Assembly (NCBI GenBank): GCA_030583725.1
Contig: CP129472.1
Location: forward strand, 465,902-529,901
Direction of reading: 5' to 3'
Source: a bacterium
Lineage (GTDB): Bacteria; Patescibacteriota; Microgenomatia; UBA8517
DNA: 64,000 nucleotides
Part shown: piece after piece, positions 9,548-19,803 of the stretch
How the letters are laid out: each line of letters starts with the position of its first letter
Numbering within the stretch: position 1 is the first letter of the stretch
Made by a program: the position numbers and the translations under genes
Notes under the pieces: model-generated
What the model was told of the DNA's origin: nothing
The model's database searches: none
Seen by the model: only the letters and a program-made list of their open reading frames with translations

Positions 9548-10168
9548 TCATTCTACATTAATATTAACTATTTTTTCAGTTGTTTTTCCTGATCTTGAAA
9601 CAGCAATGAATTTTAAATTGTTGGTTTCAGGAGTTATCTGAAGTTCTGTTGCGAAATTGCCTTCTTGGTCAATTATTATTGGTTGGTTATTAATTGTTAA
9701 AAATACATCAGTTGTCGTTCTACCTGAAACTGAAACTTTATTATTTAAAACAACTCCATTATTTTTAGGAGAAAATATTTCTAAATTTGGTGGTTTTATA
9801 AATTTAAAATATTCAAAGCCCAAGTAACTTAAAACCATTAAGACCAATAACGTTACACCTAAACCAAAAGCGAGCTTTGGTGACCAAAAAAAATTGGTCT
9901 TAACGTCTGGTTTTGGATTAATTGGTAACTTTTGAGGCGGATAATCTCGTCTTAATATTGCATTGGCATTTTCTGGAGGAATGTCTAACATAATTGCCAA
10001 GTTTCTAACAAATCCTGAAACTACAGGAAATGCAGGTAATTTATCCCAAGCATTCTCTTCTATTAATTTTATAAACTCAATCTTAATCTTTGTCTCTCTT
10101 TCAATTTCACTTAAACTAATTTTTTTTAAGTTTCGAGCCGTTTTTAATATTTCCCCAATAGTGTTCAT
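9548..10168 (-). CDS. rodZ: RodZ-like cytoskeleton protein (XRE-type HTH plus transmembrane segment)
   Basis: The N-terminus IGEILKTARNLKKISLSEIERETKIKIEFIKLIEENAWDKLPAFPVVSGFVRNLA matches the RodZ helix-turn-helix domain. A single transmembrane segment is followed by an extracytoplasmic domain. Confidence 0.65.
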   Translation of the reverse strand: MNTIGEILKTARNLKKISLSEIERETKIKIEFIKLIEENAWDKLPAFPVVSGFVRNLAIMLDIPPENANAILRRDYPPQKLPINPKPDVKTNFFWSPKLAFGLGVTLLVLMVLSYLGFEYFKFIKPPNLEIFSPKNNGVVLNNKVSVSGRTTTDVFLTINNQPIIIDQEGNFATELQITPETNNLKFIAVSRSGKTTEKIVNINVE

Positions 10169-10186
10169 ATTTGTATAAAAAAACTT

Positions 10187-12277
10187 TTACTTACTAAATG
10201 AAGCCAAAAAGTCATCTGCATTTTTAATTAAAACTTCTCTCGGTTTTGATGAACCATCGGAGACTGCAACCACTCCAGCATCTTGAAGTTGGTCAATAAC
10301 ACGAGCAGCCCTAGCATATCCAATTGATAATTTTCTTTGCAATAAAGATGCAGACGCTCTATCGTATTGGCAAACCACCCTTACAGCTTCTGCAAAAAAG
10401 TCGTCTGTATCACCAGTTACACCTGGTACTGGAGCTTTTCCAGATTTGGTCATTGTTGTTACCTCTTCAGTATATTGAACAGGAACACCTTGATTTTTAA
10501 TAAAACTAACAAGACCTTTGATCTCAGCGTCATTTACAAAAGCACCCTGAATTCTTGCAGGTTTTGCCTGATCTGGTGGTAAATATAACATATCTCCCTT
10601 ACCTAATAGTTTTTCAGCACCTTGTGTATCTAATATAACCCTTGAATCAACTTGCGATGACACAGCAAACGCAATTCTAGTTGGAATGTTTGCTTTAATT
10701 AATCCCGTTATGACGTTAACCGACGGTCTTTGAGTTGCAAGTACCATATGTATTCCAACTGCACGACTCATTTGAGCAATTCTTGTAATTGCATCTTCAA
10801 CTTCAACTGGAGATAGAAGCATAATATCTGCCAACTCATCGATTAATAAAACAATGTAAGGTAGGGCTTGAAAGCCACTCATCTCATTATAACTATCTAT
10901 ATTTCTGGCCCCAGCCTGTGCAAACAACTTATATCTTCTGTCCATTTCTCTAGTTAGCCAACGAAGAGCTGATAAAACTTTATCTGAATCCACAATGACG
11001 GGGGACAATAAATGGGGTATTTCATTATAACCAGTTAGCTCAACCCTTTTAGGGTCAACCATAATAAATTTAACTTCAGACGGACTTGCCCTAAACAATA
11101 TTGATGCTAGAAAAGTGTTAACCGCAACAGATTTTCCAGAACCAGTTTGTCCTGCAATTAAAACGTGGGGCATTTTACCTATGTCTGCAATTACCGGCTT
11201 TCCTGAAACATCAAGGCCTAATGCAACTGTTAATTTTGATTTTCTATTATTCATCTCATCTGACTCTAAAATTCTCTTTAAAGGAACAAATTCTGGAGAT
11301 TTATTTGGAAGCTCTATACCAACCAAATTACGTCCTGGTATTGGAGCCTCGATTCTGATAGTCCCTGTTGGCGCAGAAAGTGCAAGTGCGAGGTCTCGCT
11401 CTAAAGCTGTAATTTTAGATAGCTTAGTACCAAGTGCAACTTGGATTGCATACTGTGTAACGGCAGGTCCCAAATTAACCTCTACAATGTTGGCTGAAAT
11501 TCCAAAAGATTCTAGTGTTTTTTCAATAATATCTGCATTTCCATTGATATCACCCCTATCAACCTTACCTAGAGCTTCATCAGATAATAAATCTAGGGAT
11601 GGATATTTCCAGATAGCATCTTCACCTTTAATGTTACTTACAATTTTTTCTTCTAGTGGTTCTTTTGGTGCTACTATATCTAGTTTTTCTGTAGAAGTTG
11701 AAACACTAGGACTGCTACCTGAAATTTTAAAGTCTTTTCTTGGCAGCATCTTACCCCCACCAGCAGAATTCTGTCCAAATATGTATGTTTTTATTGTGGA
11801 AAACATATGAGCCACATGTTTAAAAACTGCGTCAAATGAAGTATTAAACATAATTACAAAACCTGTGAGTAAAACTCCAAGAAAAATAATAATAGCTCCA
11901 ATCGGCGTAACTAAAGTAGAAACACCATCCCAAAAGACTAAACCCAAATTACCTGACCTCCCCATACCAGAAAGAGATAAAAACATTAACAACGAACCAA
12001 CAATGACATTGGGCTGTGAGATTGGAAGTTTTATTCTACTTAGTAAAAACGAAAAAGATAGAAATATAAAAGGCAAGAAAATTGTAGCAAAACCAAACAT
12101 CTCCATTATGATGTCGTTAAACCTTACAAGAACCAAACCACGCCTTGAAAAGGAAACTATGATAAGTAGAGCAACTGCAAGAAAAAATATTTGTGCAATT
12201 GTTGCAACAGTCTGAGGTTTAAGTTTTAGTTTATAAGCCCTCTTGTCTATCTTTCTCTTTTTGTGTTTCCTTGCCAT
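10187..12277 (-). CDS. ftsK: DNA translocase FtsK/SpoIIIE
   Basis: N-terminal transmembrane helices. Walker A motif GQTGSGKSVAVNT, an FtsK motor-domain signature (LLIDELADIM, VGIHMVLATQRPS) and a C-terminal gamma domain. Confidence 0.9.
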   Translation of the reverse strand: MARKHKKRKIDKRAYKLKLKPQTVATIAQIFFLAVALLIIVSFSRRGLVLVRFNDIIMEMFGFATIFLPFIFLSFSFLLSRIKLPISQPNVIVGSLLMFLSLSGMGRSGNLGLVFWDGVSTLVTPIGAIIIFLGVLLTGFVIMFNTSFDAVFKHVAHMFSTIKTYIFGQNSAGGGKMLPRKDFKISGSSPSVSTSTEKLDIVAPKEPLEEKIVSNIKGEDAIWKYPSLDLLSDEALGKVDRGDINGNADIIEKTLESFGISANIVEVNLGPAVTQYAIQVALGTKLSKITALERDLALALSAPTGTIRIEAPIPGRNLVGIELPNKSPEFVPLKRILESDEMNNRKSKLTVALGLDVSGKPVIADIGKMPHVLIAGQTGSGKSVAVNTFLASILFRASPSEVKFIMVDPKRVELTGYNEIPHLLSPVIVDSDKVLSALRWLTREMDRRYKLFAQAGARNIDSYNEMSGFQALPYIVLLIDELADIMLLSPVEVEDAITRIAQMSRAVGIHMVLATQRPSVNVITGLIKANIPTRIAFAVSSQVDSRVILDTQGAEKLLGKGDMLYLPPDQAKPARIQGAFVNDAEIKGLVSFIKNQGVPVQYTEEVTTMTKSGKAPVPGVTGDTDDFFAEAVRVVCQYDRASASLLQRKLSIGYARAARVIDQLQDAGVVAVSDGSSKPREVLIKNADDFLASFSK

Positions 12278-12329
12278 ATGATAATTACATCATATCAACT
12301 TTTACAATTTGTAGCTAGTTGAAAGATTA

Positions 12330-12623
12330 TTATTCTTTAGTGGAAGCACCTAATTTTTTTGCCAACCTTAGTAACCTCTTGGCTTTATTTTTTTCAAAAT
12401 CTCCAGCATTTGGTGCCTGGGCTTCTACTCCCTCGACAGACTTTATTACAACTTCCGCATCAGCAAGTTTTTTCTTCGCCTCACGCAAGGCGGCTTGCCT
12501 AATAACACCAATGATTTCATTTGGAGTTAGCTTTTCATCTGCTATGTGACTAACAAACTCACCTATCCCAACACCACTAAGATAGCCCAAAACCTTACTG
12601 CTAGGCACCTTCTCTTGTTTCAT
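12330..12623 (-). CDS. hypothetical protein
   Basis: 97-aa ORF between ftsK and rnj with a Lys/Ala-rich tail. No recognised motif. Confidence 0.35.
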   Translation of the reverse strand: MKQEKVPSSKVLGYLSGVGIGEFVSHIADEKLTPNEIIGVIRQAALREAKKKLADAEVVIKSVEGVEAQAPNAGDFEKNKAKRLLRLAKKLGASTKE

Positions 12624-12654
12624 GGGGCAATTTTAATCCAGAAGTCTATAACTG

Positions 12655-14298
12655 TCAAACTTCAACAACAATTGGAATAATCATAGGGCTTCGACCTGTT
12701 GTTTTGAAGAAATAACCTTCTAAAAATTTTATAGCGTCTTCTTTAATCTTTTTGGAGTTCAAATTACTGTGTGTTTTTAAGTGTTTCATCAGCCTTTGCA
12801 TTGCGTCATTTAAAAGCCCACCACTAATACCTTCAAACACAAATCCCTTAGTTACAATTTCTGGATTACCCAAGACCTTACCACTTTTAGTTGCTTTAAA
12901 AACTACAACTGCCATACCTTGCTTACCTAAAAGTGTTCTGTGTTCTAGGACAGTCTTTCCAATGTCCCCAATCCCCAAACCATGAACCATAACTTCTTTA
13001 ACTTTTACTTTTTGACCCCTTCTGGCTGTTCCATTTTCAAATTCTATAGAATCTCCAGGTTTTAATTTAAATACTTGAGATTTTTGCTTACCTGTTGAAA
13101 CTACAAGTTTTTCATATGAATGCATATGTTTTATAGTTCCACCTGTTGGTATAAAATATTTAGGTTTTGCTATATCAAAAAGCATTTTGATGTCTTCCTG
13201 TCCACCATGACCAGAAACATGTAAGCCTTCTTTTAAGTCATAATAGTGAACATCGACACCGCGGTCTATAAGTTCATCTATTATAAAATCTTGGCTCTCT
13301 TTTGAATAAGGTGGGGCAGGGTTTGCTGAAAAAATAAACATATCTCCATCAGAAATTGAAAATCTATCATCGTCGTCTGTAGCTAATCTGTAAACAGAAC
13401 TGCCAACTTGGCCATAACACCCAGCCACAATATATAATAGGTCTTTTGGATGCATTCTTTTGGCCTTTTTAAGATCTACAACTTGGCTATCCAAATATTT
13501 TAAATACCCAAGCTTATGTGCAGATTCTGTTTTTTGTTGAATAGATCTTCCAACAAAAACTACTTTTCTATTTAACTTAACTGCAACATTGATCATTTGT
13601 TGAAACCTGCCAATTGATGATGACATGGCACTCATAAATAGTGCGTTTTTGGCATTCTTAGCAATATTTAAAATTCTTTCTTCAACAGGAACAGCGCTTG
13701 GTGCAAATCCTGGTTCGTTTGACCCTAAACAATCAGAAATTAAACAAATCACATTACCCTCTGCAAGTTTTCTGGCCCTATCTAGGTCAAAAGAGTGACC
13801 GTCAACAGACTCTTGATCAATTTTGTGTTCAGGGACATGCATAATTTTCCCCTCTGGTGTTTCTATTGCAAAACCAACAGTGTCTGGAACCGAGTGAGTA
13901 ACTTTAAATGGAGATATCTTAAATGAACCTATTTGGAAAGTATCCATATCCGAATTGAAAGTATTGATTTTAAAGTCAGTAATTCTATTATCTCTAAATT
14001 TCTCTTTTAAAAATTCTGCAACCAGAGGAGCGCAGTAAATTGGTGCATTTACCTGTTTTAATAAAAATGGTAATGCTCCAATATGATCCTCATGGCCTTG
14101 AGACAAAACGATAGCTTTTAGTTTGTGTTTATTTTTAACAACATATGAAAAGTCTGGAATAACAAGGTCAACTCCAGGCATTTCTAAATCAGGAAAACCT
14201 ACACCACAATCAAGGATAAACATTTCATCCTTGTATTCGTAGACATTTAAGTTTTCTGTAACCCCTGTCGTTCCAGAGAGTGCTATGAAGCGTACCAT
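12655..14298 (-). CDS. rnj: ribonuclease J (metallo-beta-lactamase/beta-CASP)
   Basis: HEDHIGALP (the HxHxDH motif), the beta-CASP region and a C-terminal domain. Length is 547 aa. Confidence 0.85.
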   Translation of the reverse strand: MVRFIALSGTTGVTENLNVYEYKDEMFILDCGVGFPDLEMPGVDLVIPDFSYVVKNKHKLKAIVLSQGHEDHIGALPFLLKQVNAPIYCAPLVAEFLKEKFRDNRITDFKINTFNSDMDTFQIGSFKISPFKVTHSVPDTVGFAIETPEGKIMHVPEHKIDQESVDGHSFDLDRARKLAEGNVICLISDCLGSNEPGFAPSAVPVEERILNIAKNAKNALFMSAMSSSIGRFQQMINVAVKLNRKVVFVGRSIQQKTESAHKLGYLKYLDSQVVDLKKAKRMHPKDLLYIVAGCYGQVGSSVYRLATDDDDRFSISDGDMFIFSANPAPPYSKESQDFIIDELIDRGVDVHYYDLKEGLHVSGHGGQEDIKMLFDIAKPKYFIPTGGTIKHMHSYEKLVVSTGKQKSQVFKLKPGDSIEFENGTARRGQKVKVKEVMVHGLGIGDIGKTVLEHRTLLGKQGMAVVVFKATKSGKVLGNPEIVTKGFVFEGISGGLLNDAMQRLMKHLKTHSNLNSKKIKEDAIKFLEGYFFKTTGRSPMIIPIVVEV

Positions 14299-14324
14299 TT
14301 TTATAATTCTTAACCTATATCATA

Positions 14325-14924
14325 TCACGAAAAAATAATTATTCTTGTTAGAGTTTCTTTTAAAGCAAGAAAATCTTGTTTTTCTGCCTCTAGAATCTTC
14401 CCATTTCTTAAAGATGCTGCTGGATGATACATAGGTATAACAGTTATCTCTTTACTGTTCCACACAATATTGTGTTCTTTACCATGAACCTGAGATATGA
14501 ATACTTCAGGCAAAAACTTTGCCATGGAAAACCTGCCTAATGTAATTATCACTTTTGGGTCAATTATTTTAATAATCTCGTCTAAATACTTACCATAGCT
14601 TTCAATTTCATTAGGTAGTGGATCTCTGTTTTCTGGAGGTCTATGATGAACAATGTTTGTAATGAAAACTTTTTTTCGCTCGAGTCCTGCAAGTAATAGT
14701 AATTTATCCAACAATTTTCCCGCTTGACCAACGAAAGGCAAACCTTGTAGGTCTTCCTGTCTCCCTGGGCCCTCACCCACAAAAAGAATTTTTGCCTCAG
14801 TGTTCCCAGAACCAAAAACTAACTTATTTGCAATTTTTTTAAGTGGGAGGGTTTCATCCTTTTCCATTTCATCTTTAAGATTGTGGAGTTTTTTGTAATT
14901 ATTCATATTTAATACCAAAGTCAA
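14325..14924 (-). CDS. uracil-DNA glycosylase, family 4
   Basis: GEGPG and FVGQAGKLL motifs typical of family-4 UDG, plus an HPAASLRN-type C-terminal motif. Confidence 0.8.
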   Translation of the reverse strand: MTLVLNMNNYKKLHNLKDEMEKDETLPLKKIANKLVFGSGNTEAKILFVGEGPGRQEDLQGLPFVGQAGKLLDKLLLLAGLERKKVFITNIVHHRPPENRDPLPNEIESYGKYLDEIIKIIDPKVIITLGRFSMAKFLPEVFISQVHGKEHNIVWNSKEITVIPMYHPAASLRNGKILEAEKQDFLALKETLTRIIIFS

Positions 14925-15513
14925 TTAATTTTTCTTTGAAGTTAGTAAAGTTATCATACAGAAGTGTATTAAAACCCATTTTGCTTGCTTGAACTGTATT
15001 CTTTTCTCGATCATCTACGAATAAACTTTCCTCAGGGATTATCTTTGATCGATCTAATAATATTTGAAATATATCCTGATTTGGTTTTGAAACACCAACC
15101 TCACAAGAGGCAATAATCATTTCAAAAAAATTGTCTAGACCATATTTTTCCCTTTTAAACTCGTAACCCTCTTTGAATATGTTGGTTAAAGCAAGTATTT
15201 TGTATTTTCTCTTCAGATTCGGTAATATATCGTACGGTTCTAAAGTACGAGTCCTAGATTTGTATATTTTAAAAAGCTCTATCGACAAACCCCCATCTAC
15301 CTTTCCAGATATTTCTTTCTGAAAATTATCGTAAAACTGAAAAATTGTCATTCTTCCCTCTCCCACTTCGTGCCAGTATTTAACCCAAGCGTCATGAAGA
15401 ACTTGATCGGATACTCCATACCTTTCCTTTATTTCCTTATTATCAAACAAGACCCCAACGTCATCATCTGTTAGTACAACTCCACCAAAGTCAAGAACAA
15501 TATTTTTAATCAT
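14899..15513 (-). CDS. HAD-superfamily hydrolase
   Basis: The N-terminus IVLDFGGVVL is the HAD motif I DxG pattern. Length is 204 aa. Confidence 0.65.
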   Translation of the reverse strand: MIKNIVLDFGGVVLTDDDVGVLFDNKEIKERYGVSDQVLHDAWVKYWHEVGEGRMTIFQFYDNFQKEISGKVDGGLSIELFKIYKSRTRTLEPYDILPNLKRKYKILALTNIFKEGYEFKREKYGLDNFFEMIIASCEVGVSKPNQDIFQILLDRSKIIPEESLFVDDREKNTVQASKMGFNTLLYDNFTNFKEKLIDFGIKYE

Positions 15514-15935
15514 ATATTTATGAATTCTACCATTTTGGTTTTGGTATCAAAAATTGCAAAATTTATTCCATTTTCCAAAGCTCCAGGATTTATCATATTT
15601 CCTATCTGTCTTTGTTGATGGTTGTGTCCACAAAAAATAACATCAAATTTATCTTTATCTGTTTTTACTTTTTTAATATTATGGACTAAACCTATTTTAA
15701 TATTATCAATTTCAAGTTCTACAAATTCTTTAAAATCAAATCTTGGATCTATATCTGCATTACCCAAACAAGAATATAATGGAATACCACAATCTGTAAC
15801 TATTTTTATGCTGTCAAAGTTATACCAATCTCCAGTATGAATAACTGCAGAGGCATTAATTTTTTTTGCAAAGCCCATAACATGTTTTATATTTGCAATA
15901 TTTCCATGGGAGTCACCAATAATTAAAAGTTTCAC
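15510..15935 (-). CDS. metallophosphoesterase (YfcE-like)
   Basis: MKLLIIGDSHGN, GDWYN and GHNHQQ motifs of calcineurin-like phosphoesterases. Confidence 0.7.
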   Translation of the reverse strand: MKLLIIGDSHGNIANIKHVMGFAKKINASAVIHTGDWYNFDSIKIVTDCGIPLYSCLGNADIDPRFDFKEFVELEIDNIKIGLVHNIKKVKTDKDKFDVIFCGHNHQQRQIGNMINPGALENGINFAIFDTKTKMVEFINI

Positions 15936-15947
15936 AAAGTTATTCTA

Positions 15948-16997
15948 CTACAACGGAAGGAATTCTTTTACATTTGCAGTAGTGACATGAAATGTTGTTC
16001 CTTTTCCTTCAACAATTGCTCTTGCAACTTTTCTGACAACTCCGCCAATTGTTCTTTCCATTGTACGAATTCCAGCATCATATCCAAAAGGTCTGACTAG
16101 GTTTGCCCAAACTTCATCATCAATTTGTAGGGTTTCTGGGGTTAACCCTGCATCTTTTAAAGCTTTGGGGAAAACATATCTTTTTCCAATGGTTATTTTT
16201 TCTTCATCAGAATAGCTAGGCATCATAATTGGCTCAATTCTGTCCATAACTGCGGTTGAAATGTTTGTTGTATTGTTCGCTGTAGCTATAAAGATACACT
16301 CAGAAAGGTCAAATGGATAATCTATATAATGATCTGAAAACGCATGATTTTGCCCAGGGTCTAAAAGTTCAACCAACACACCCATAATAGAAGCTCTGCC
16401 CTGATCTGTTACCCTGTCAATTTCATCAAGAAGTATTACAGAGTTTTTAAATTGTGTATCTTTCATTGCTTTAATAATTTTTCCAGGTTCTGCTTCAGGA
16501 TGCATCTTGGACTGACCACGCAGGTCAAGAGGGTCTCCCATACCTCCAAATGGAATACGCGCTATTTTTCTTCCCAGGGCTTCAGCAATGGAAAAGGCAA
16601 TTGTTGTTTTTCCAGTACCTACAAGACCTACAAAGCAAAGAATTGGAGCACGATATATATCTTTTGCTTCTCCTTTTTCTTGTTTTAGTTTCATTACAGC
16701 CAAATATTCCAAAACCCTTGATTTAATATCTTCCAGACCATAGTGTTTTTCATCCAGGATTTTCTTGGCATTTACTAAATCTAAGTTGTCCTGTGATTTT
16801 TGAGTCCATGGCAGACTTGTAATCCAACCAATGTAACTATCCATTCTGTCATACTCAGGCAAGAATGTTGGAGAGTTAGTTAATTTTTTAAGTTGATCCA
16901 AACGTATAGAAACAGATTTTTTTAAATCTTCAGGTACAGAAGAACTGGCAACTTTAGTTGACAGAATATCAATTTCTTGAAAGGCAGTATCTGACAT
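15948..16997 (-). CDS. Lon-family AAA+ ATPase module without N-terminal or protease domains
   Basis: HYGLEDIKSRVLEYLAV..ILCFVGLVGTGKTT....LLDEIDRV aligns with the E. coli Lon ATPase (HYGLERVKDRILEYLAV..ILCLVGPPGVGKTS..LLDEIDKM). The ORF ends at the close of the AAA+ module. The next gene starts 12 nt later and is a phosphoesterase. Confidence 0.7.
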   Translation of the reverse strand: MSDTAFQEIDILSTKVASSSVPEDLKKSVSIRLDQLKKLTNSPTFLPEYDRMDSYIGWITSLPWTQKSQDNLDLVNAKKILDEKHYGLEDIKSRVLEYLAVMKLKQEKGEAKDIYRAPILCFVGLVGTGKTTIAFSIAEALGRKIARIPFGGMGDPLDLRGQSKMHPEAEPGKIIKAMKDTQFKNSVILLDEIDRVTDQGRASIMGVLVELLDPGQNHAFSDHYIDYPFDLSECIFIATANNTTNISTAVMDRIEPIMMPSYSDEEKITIGKRYVFPKALKDAGLTPETLQIDDEVWANLVRPFGYDAGIRTMERTIGGVVRKVARAIVEGKGTTFHVTTANVKEFLPL

Positions 16998-17072
16998 TAT
17001 TTAATTGTAACATTGAACCATAGAAAATTGAATGAGAATTGCAAATTGAAAGATTAAAAAATAGACGAAGTG

Positions 17073-19418
17073 TTATCTATCCCCGCCTTGATCAGTCTGA
17101 AAGTATCTTGAAGTTGGGAAATGAGGTCCACTGGATCTACCATTTTGGCCCCTGTCTCCACCTCTATCTACATTACCCCTGTCTCTGTTAAATCCACCAG
17201 TCCTTGGTCCTCTTGAAAATCCTCCTGATTGAGGTCTTCCACCTCTATCCCCACCACCTCTAAATCCTCCACTTTGTGGCCTTCCACCTCTGTCATTACC
17301 TCTATCCCCACCACTTCTTCTTTCTTCTTTTGGTTTGTCGGTTGCAGGATCCATTCTCATAGATAAATTTATTCTGCCCATTTCATCAACTTCTTTAACC
17401 CTGACTTGTACTTTTTGCCCAATTGTAACAACATCATTAGCGTCAGCTACATATCCTTCCGCCATATCTGAAACGTGAACCATTCCATCTTTTCCAGGTA
17501 AAATATTTACAAATGCTCCAAATGGCATAATTCTTACCACTTCACCTTCATAAATTTCACCAGATGTTGCCTCTTTACCCAATCCTTCAACATACTCAAT
17601 TGCCTTTGTAATTCCGTCTTTTTCAATCCCTGAAATTGCCACACTACCATCATCTTCAACATCAATGTGTGTCCCTGTATCTGCCATCAACTTCTTAATA
17701 GCTTTTCCTCCAGGACCAATTAATTCTCCAATCTTATCGACTGGAATTTTAACCATAGTAATCTTTGGTGCATACTTACTTACTTCAGCTCGAGGTTTAT
17801 CAATTGCAGAAACTACTGACTTGAGCATTTCTGCGCGTCCCGTTTTTGCCTGTTCAAGTGCCTTTTCTAAAATACTTGGTGTTAAAGTTAATGTTTTAAC
17901 ATCTAGTTGAATTGCAGTGATTCCTTTTTCTGTTCCAGCAACCTTAAAGTCCATATCGCCGTTAAAGTCCTCAATTCCCATAATGTCAGAGAGAATTGCA
18001 ACATCTTTTCCTTCAATAATTAAACCCATTGCAATTCCTGAAACAGGAGCCTTAATTGGAACTCCCGCATCCATTAAAGCTAGGGATGAACCACAAACAG
18101 ATGCCATTGAAGTTGAACCATTTGAACTCATAACTTCTGAAACAACACGAATTGCATATGGAAATACTTCTTCTGTTGGTAAAACCGGCATTAATGCTTT
18201 TTCAGCAAGAGCTCCATGACCTATTTCGCGTCTACCCACTCCACCAACTCTTCCCACTTCACCTGTAGTAAAAGGTGGCATTGAATAATGATGCATATAT
18301 CTTTTCTCTTGTTCACCTTCTGCCGTTTCTAGAAGTTGTCCCATCTGAGTTGAACCTAATGTAGCAATAGATAATACTTGTGTTTGACCTCTAGTAAATA
18401 GTCCTGAACCATGTGTTCTAGGTAAAAAACTGACCTCTGAGTTTAATTTTCTAATTTCTGTTAATTTTCTTCCGTCTGGTCTTATTCCTTTTTTCAAGAT
18501 TTGTTCCCTGATGTAATCTTTTTTAAGATGATCAATTATTTCAGTCACCCATTTTTTGTCTTCAATTTTTTCAAACTTTTCTGAAACTGCTTCAACTAAT
18601 AATTTAAACTCATCTGAAGATCCTTCATGGGTGGCCATATTTTTGACAAGTGCTGGTATCTGGTCTTTGACTAATTTCAATACTTCTTTTTCTAACTCTT
18701 TTGATGGTTTGTCTTCAACATAAGTATCTCTTGTAACCCCAACTTCTTTTGCAAAATCTTCAAGTGCAGAGTTAATTGTTTGAGCTTCATCAAATGCCAT
18801 TTTTACACCGTCAACAACTTGTTTTTCACTTACTTCTTTTGCTCCAGTTTCAATCATTAGAACTGCATCTTTAGTAGATGAAACAACTAAGTCTAAAATT
18901 GATTCTGAAAGTTCAGTATTTGTAGGATTTACAATGTATTTATCGTCTTTAAGCCCTAAATTAACAACCCCAACAGGACCAAGCCACGGAAGATTACTTG
19001 TGTGTACTGCGGCTGAAGCTGCAATAGCACCTACCATTGACGGCATATTTTCACCATCAACAGAAAGAACAGAAATAATTATCTGTACTTCTTTTTTATA
19101 AGTTTTTGGGAAGAGTGGTCTAATTGACCTATCAATAAGTCTTGCTACTAAAATTTCTTCATCTGTTGGTCGACCATCTCTTTTGACCCATCTTGATCCT
19201 TTAATTCTTCCACCTGCATATAATTTTTCTTGGTATTCAACAGATAATGGAAAATAATCTAGTTCTTGTTTTAATGGTGCTGATGTAACTGTTGCCAAAA
19301 CAACAGTCTCTCCCATTTTAACCAACACAGCACTATCCGCTTGTTCTGCTAGTACCCCTGTGGTTAATGTAATTTCTTTTCCACCTAATTTGAATGTCTT
19401 AACTAATCTTTTATTCAT
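17073..19418 (-). CDS. pnp: polynucleotide phosphorylase with C-terminal RGG/Gly-Arg-rich tail
   Basis: Two RNase PH domains, then KH and S1 domains. The last roughly 95 aa are Gly/Arg/Asp-rich (GGDRGNDRGGRPQSGGFRGGGDRGGRPQSGGF...). Confidence 0.9.
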   Translation of the reverse strand: MNKRLVKTFKLGGKEITLTTGVLAEQADSAVLVKMGETVVLATVTSAPLKQELDYFPLSVEYQEKLYAGGRIKGSRWVKRDGRPTDEEILVARLIDRSIRPLFPKTYKKEVQIIISVLSVDGENMPSMVGAIAASAAVHTSNLPWLGPVGVVNLGLKDDKYIVNPTNTELSESILDLVVSSTKDAVLMIETGAKEVSEKQVVDGVKMAFDEAQTINSALEDFAKEVGVTRDTYVEDKPSKELEKEVLKLVKDQIPALVKNMATHEGSSDEFKLLVEAVSEKFEKIEDKKWVTEIIDHLKKDYIREQILKKGIRPDGRKLTEIRKLNSEVSFLPRTHGSGLFTRGQTQVLSIATLGSTQMGQLLETAEGEQEKRYMHHYSMPPFTTGEVGRVGGVGRREIGHGALAEKALMPVLPTEEVFPYAIRVVSEVMSSNGSTSMASVCGSSLALMDAGVPIKAPVSGIAMGLIIEGKDVAILSDIMGIEDFNGDMDFKVAGTEKGITAIQLDVKTLTLTPSILEKALEQAKTGRAEMLKSVVSAIDKPRAEVSKYAPKITMVKIPVDKIGELIGPGGKAIKKLMADTGTHIDVEDDGSVAISGIEKDGITKAIEYVEGLGKEATSGEIYEGEVVRIMPFGAFVNILPGKDGMVHVSDMAEGYVADANDVVTIGQKVQVRVKEVDEMGRINLSMRMDPATDKPKEERRSGGDRGNDRGGRPQSGGFRGGGDRGGRPQSGGFSRGPRTGGFNRDRGNVDRGGDRGQNGRSSGPHFPTSRYFQTDQGGDR
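17076..17360 (-). repeat. tandem nucleotide/peptide repeats encoding the PNPase RGG tail
   Basis: The peptide DRGGRPQSGGF is duplicated. The nucleotide string ccttccacctct...atccccacc recurs. Confidence 0.5.
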
Positions 19419-19448
19419 TTAAACTATATTTTTCTCTAATTGAAGCTG

Positions 19449-19718
19449 TTACTTATTGAGACCAAGCTCTTTAATTAATGCTTTATATCTTATTTCGTCT
19501 TTCTTCGCCAAGTATGACAGAAGTCTTCTTCTTTTTGCAACCATTGAAAGTAAGCCACGTCTACTATGAACATCTTTTTTGTGTTCTTTTAAGTGTTCTG
19601 CAAGTTTGTTTATCTTGGTAGATAAAAGTGCAATTTGAATTTCTGGAGATCCAGTATCACCCTTTTCTCTTGCAAACTTTTTAATTAATTCTTTCTTCTC
19701 GTCAATTTTTAATGCCAT
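19449..19718 (-). CDS. rpsO: 30S ribosomal protein S15
   Basis: 89 aa with [26 protein letters not shown], the S15 signature. It lies immediately upstream of pnp, the classic rpsO-pnp pair. Confidence 0.9.
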   Translation of the reverse strand: MALKIDEKKELIKKFAREKGDTGSPEIQIALLSTKINKLAEHLKEHKKDVHSRRGLLSMVAKRRRLLSYLAKKDEIRYKALIKELGLNK

Positions 19719-19774
19719 ATTGTTCAGTCATGTATGGTCAAAGCATTATTGCCTCACCATCATCGAATATTTGT

Positions 19775-19803
19775 ATTATATCAGGCAAGTTTAGATTTTA
19801 CAA
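19775..19803 (-). promoter_or_regulatory. putative rpsO promoter (TTGTAA-17-TATAAT) with leader of about 60 nt
   Basis: Minus-strand reading: TTGTAA (plus coordinates 19798-19803), a 17-nt spacer, then TATAAT (19775-19780). Confidence 0.4.

Noticed and set aside
11115-12215. Long plus-strand ORFs (231 aa and 116 aa) inside ftsK
   Set aside because: They are antisense to the well-supported FtsK motor domain and have a Ser/Pro-rich mirror-frame composition typical of shadow ORFs.
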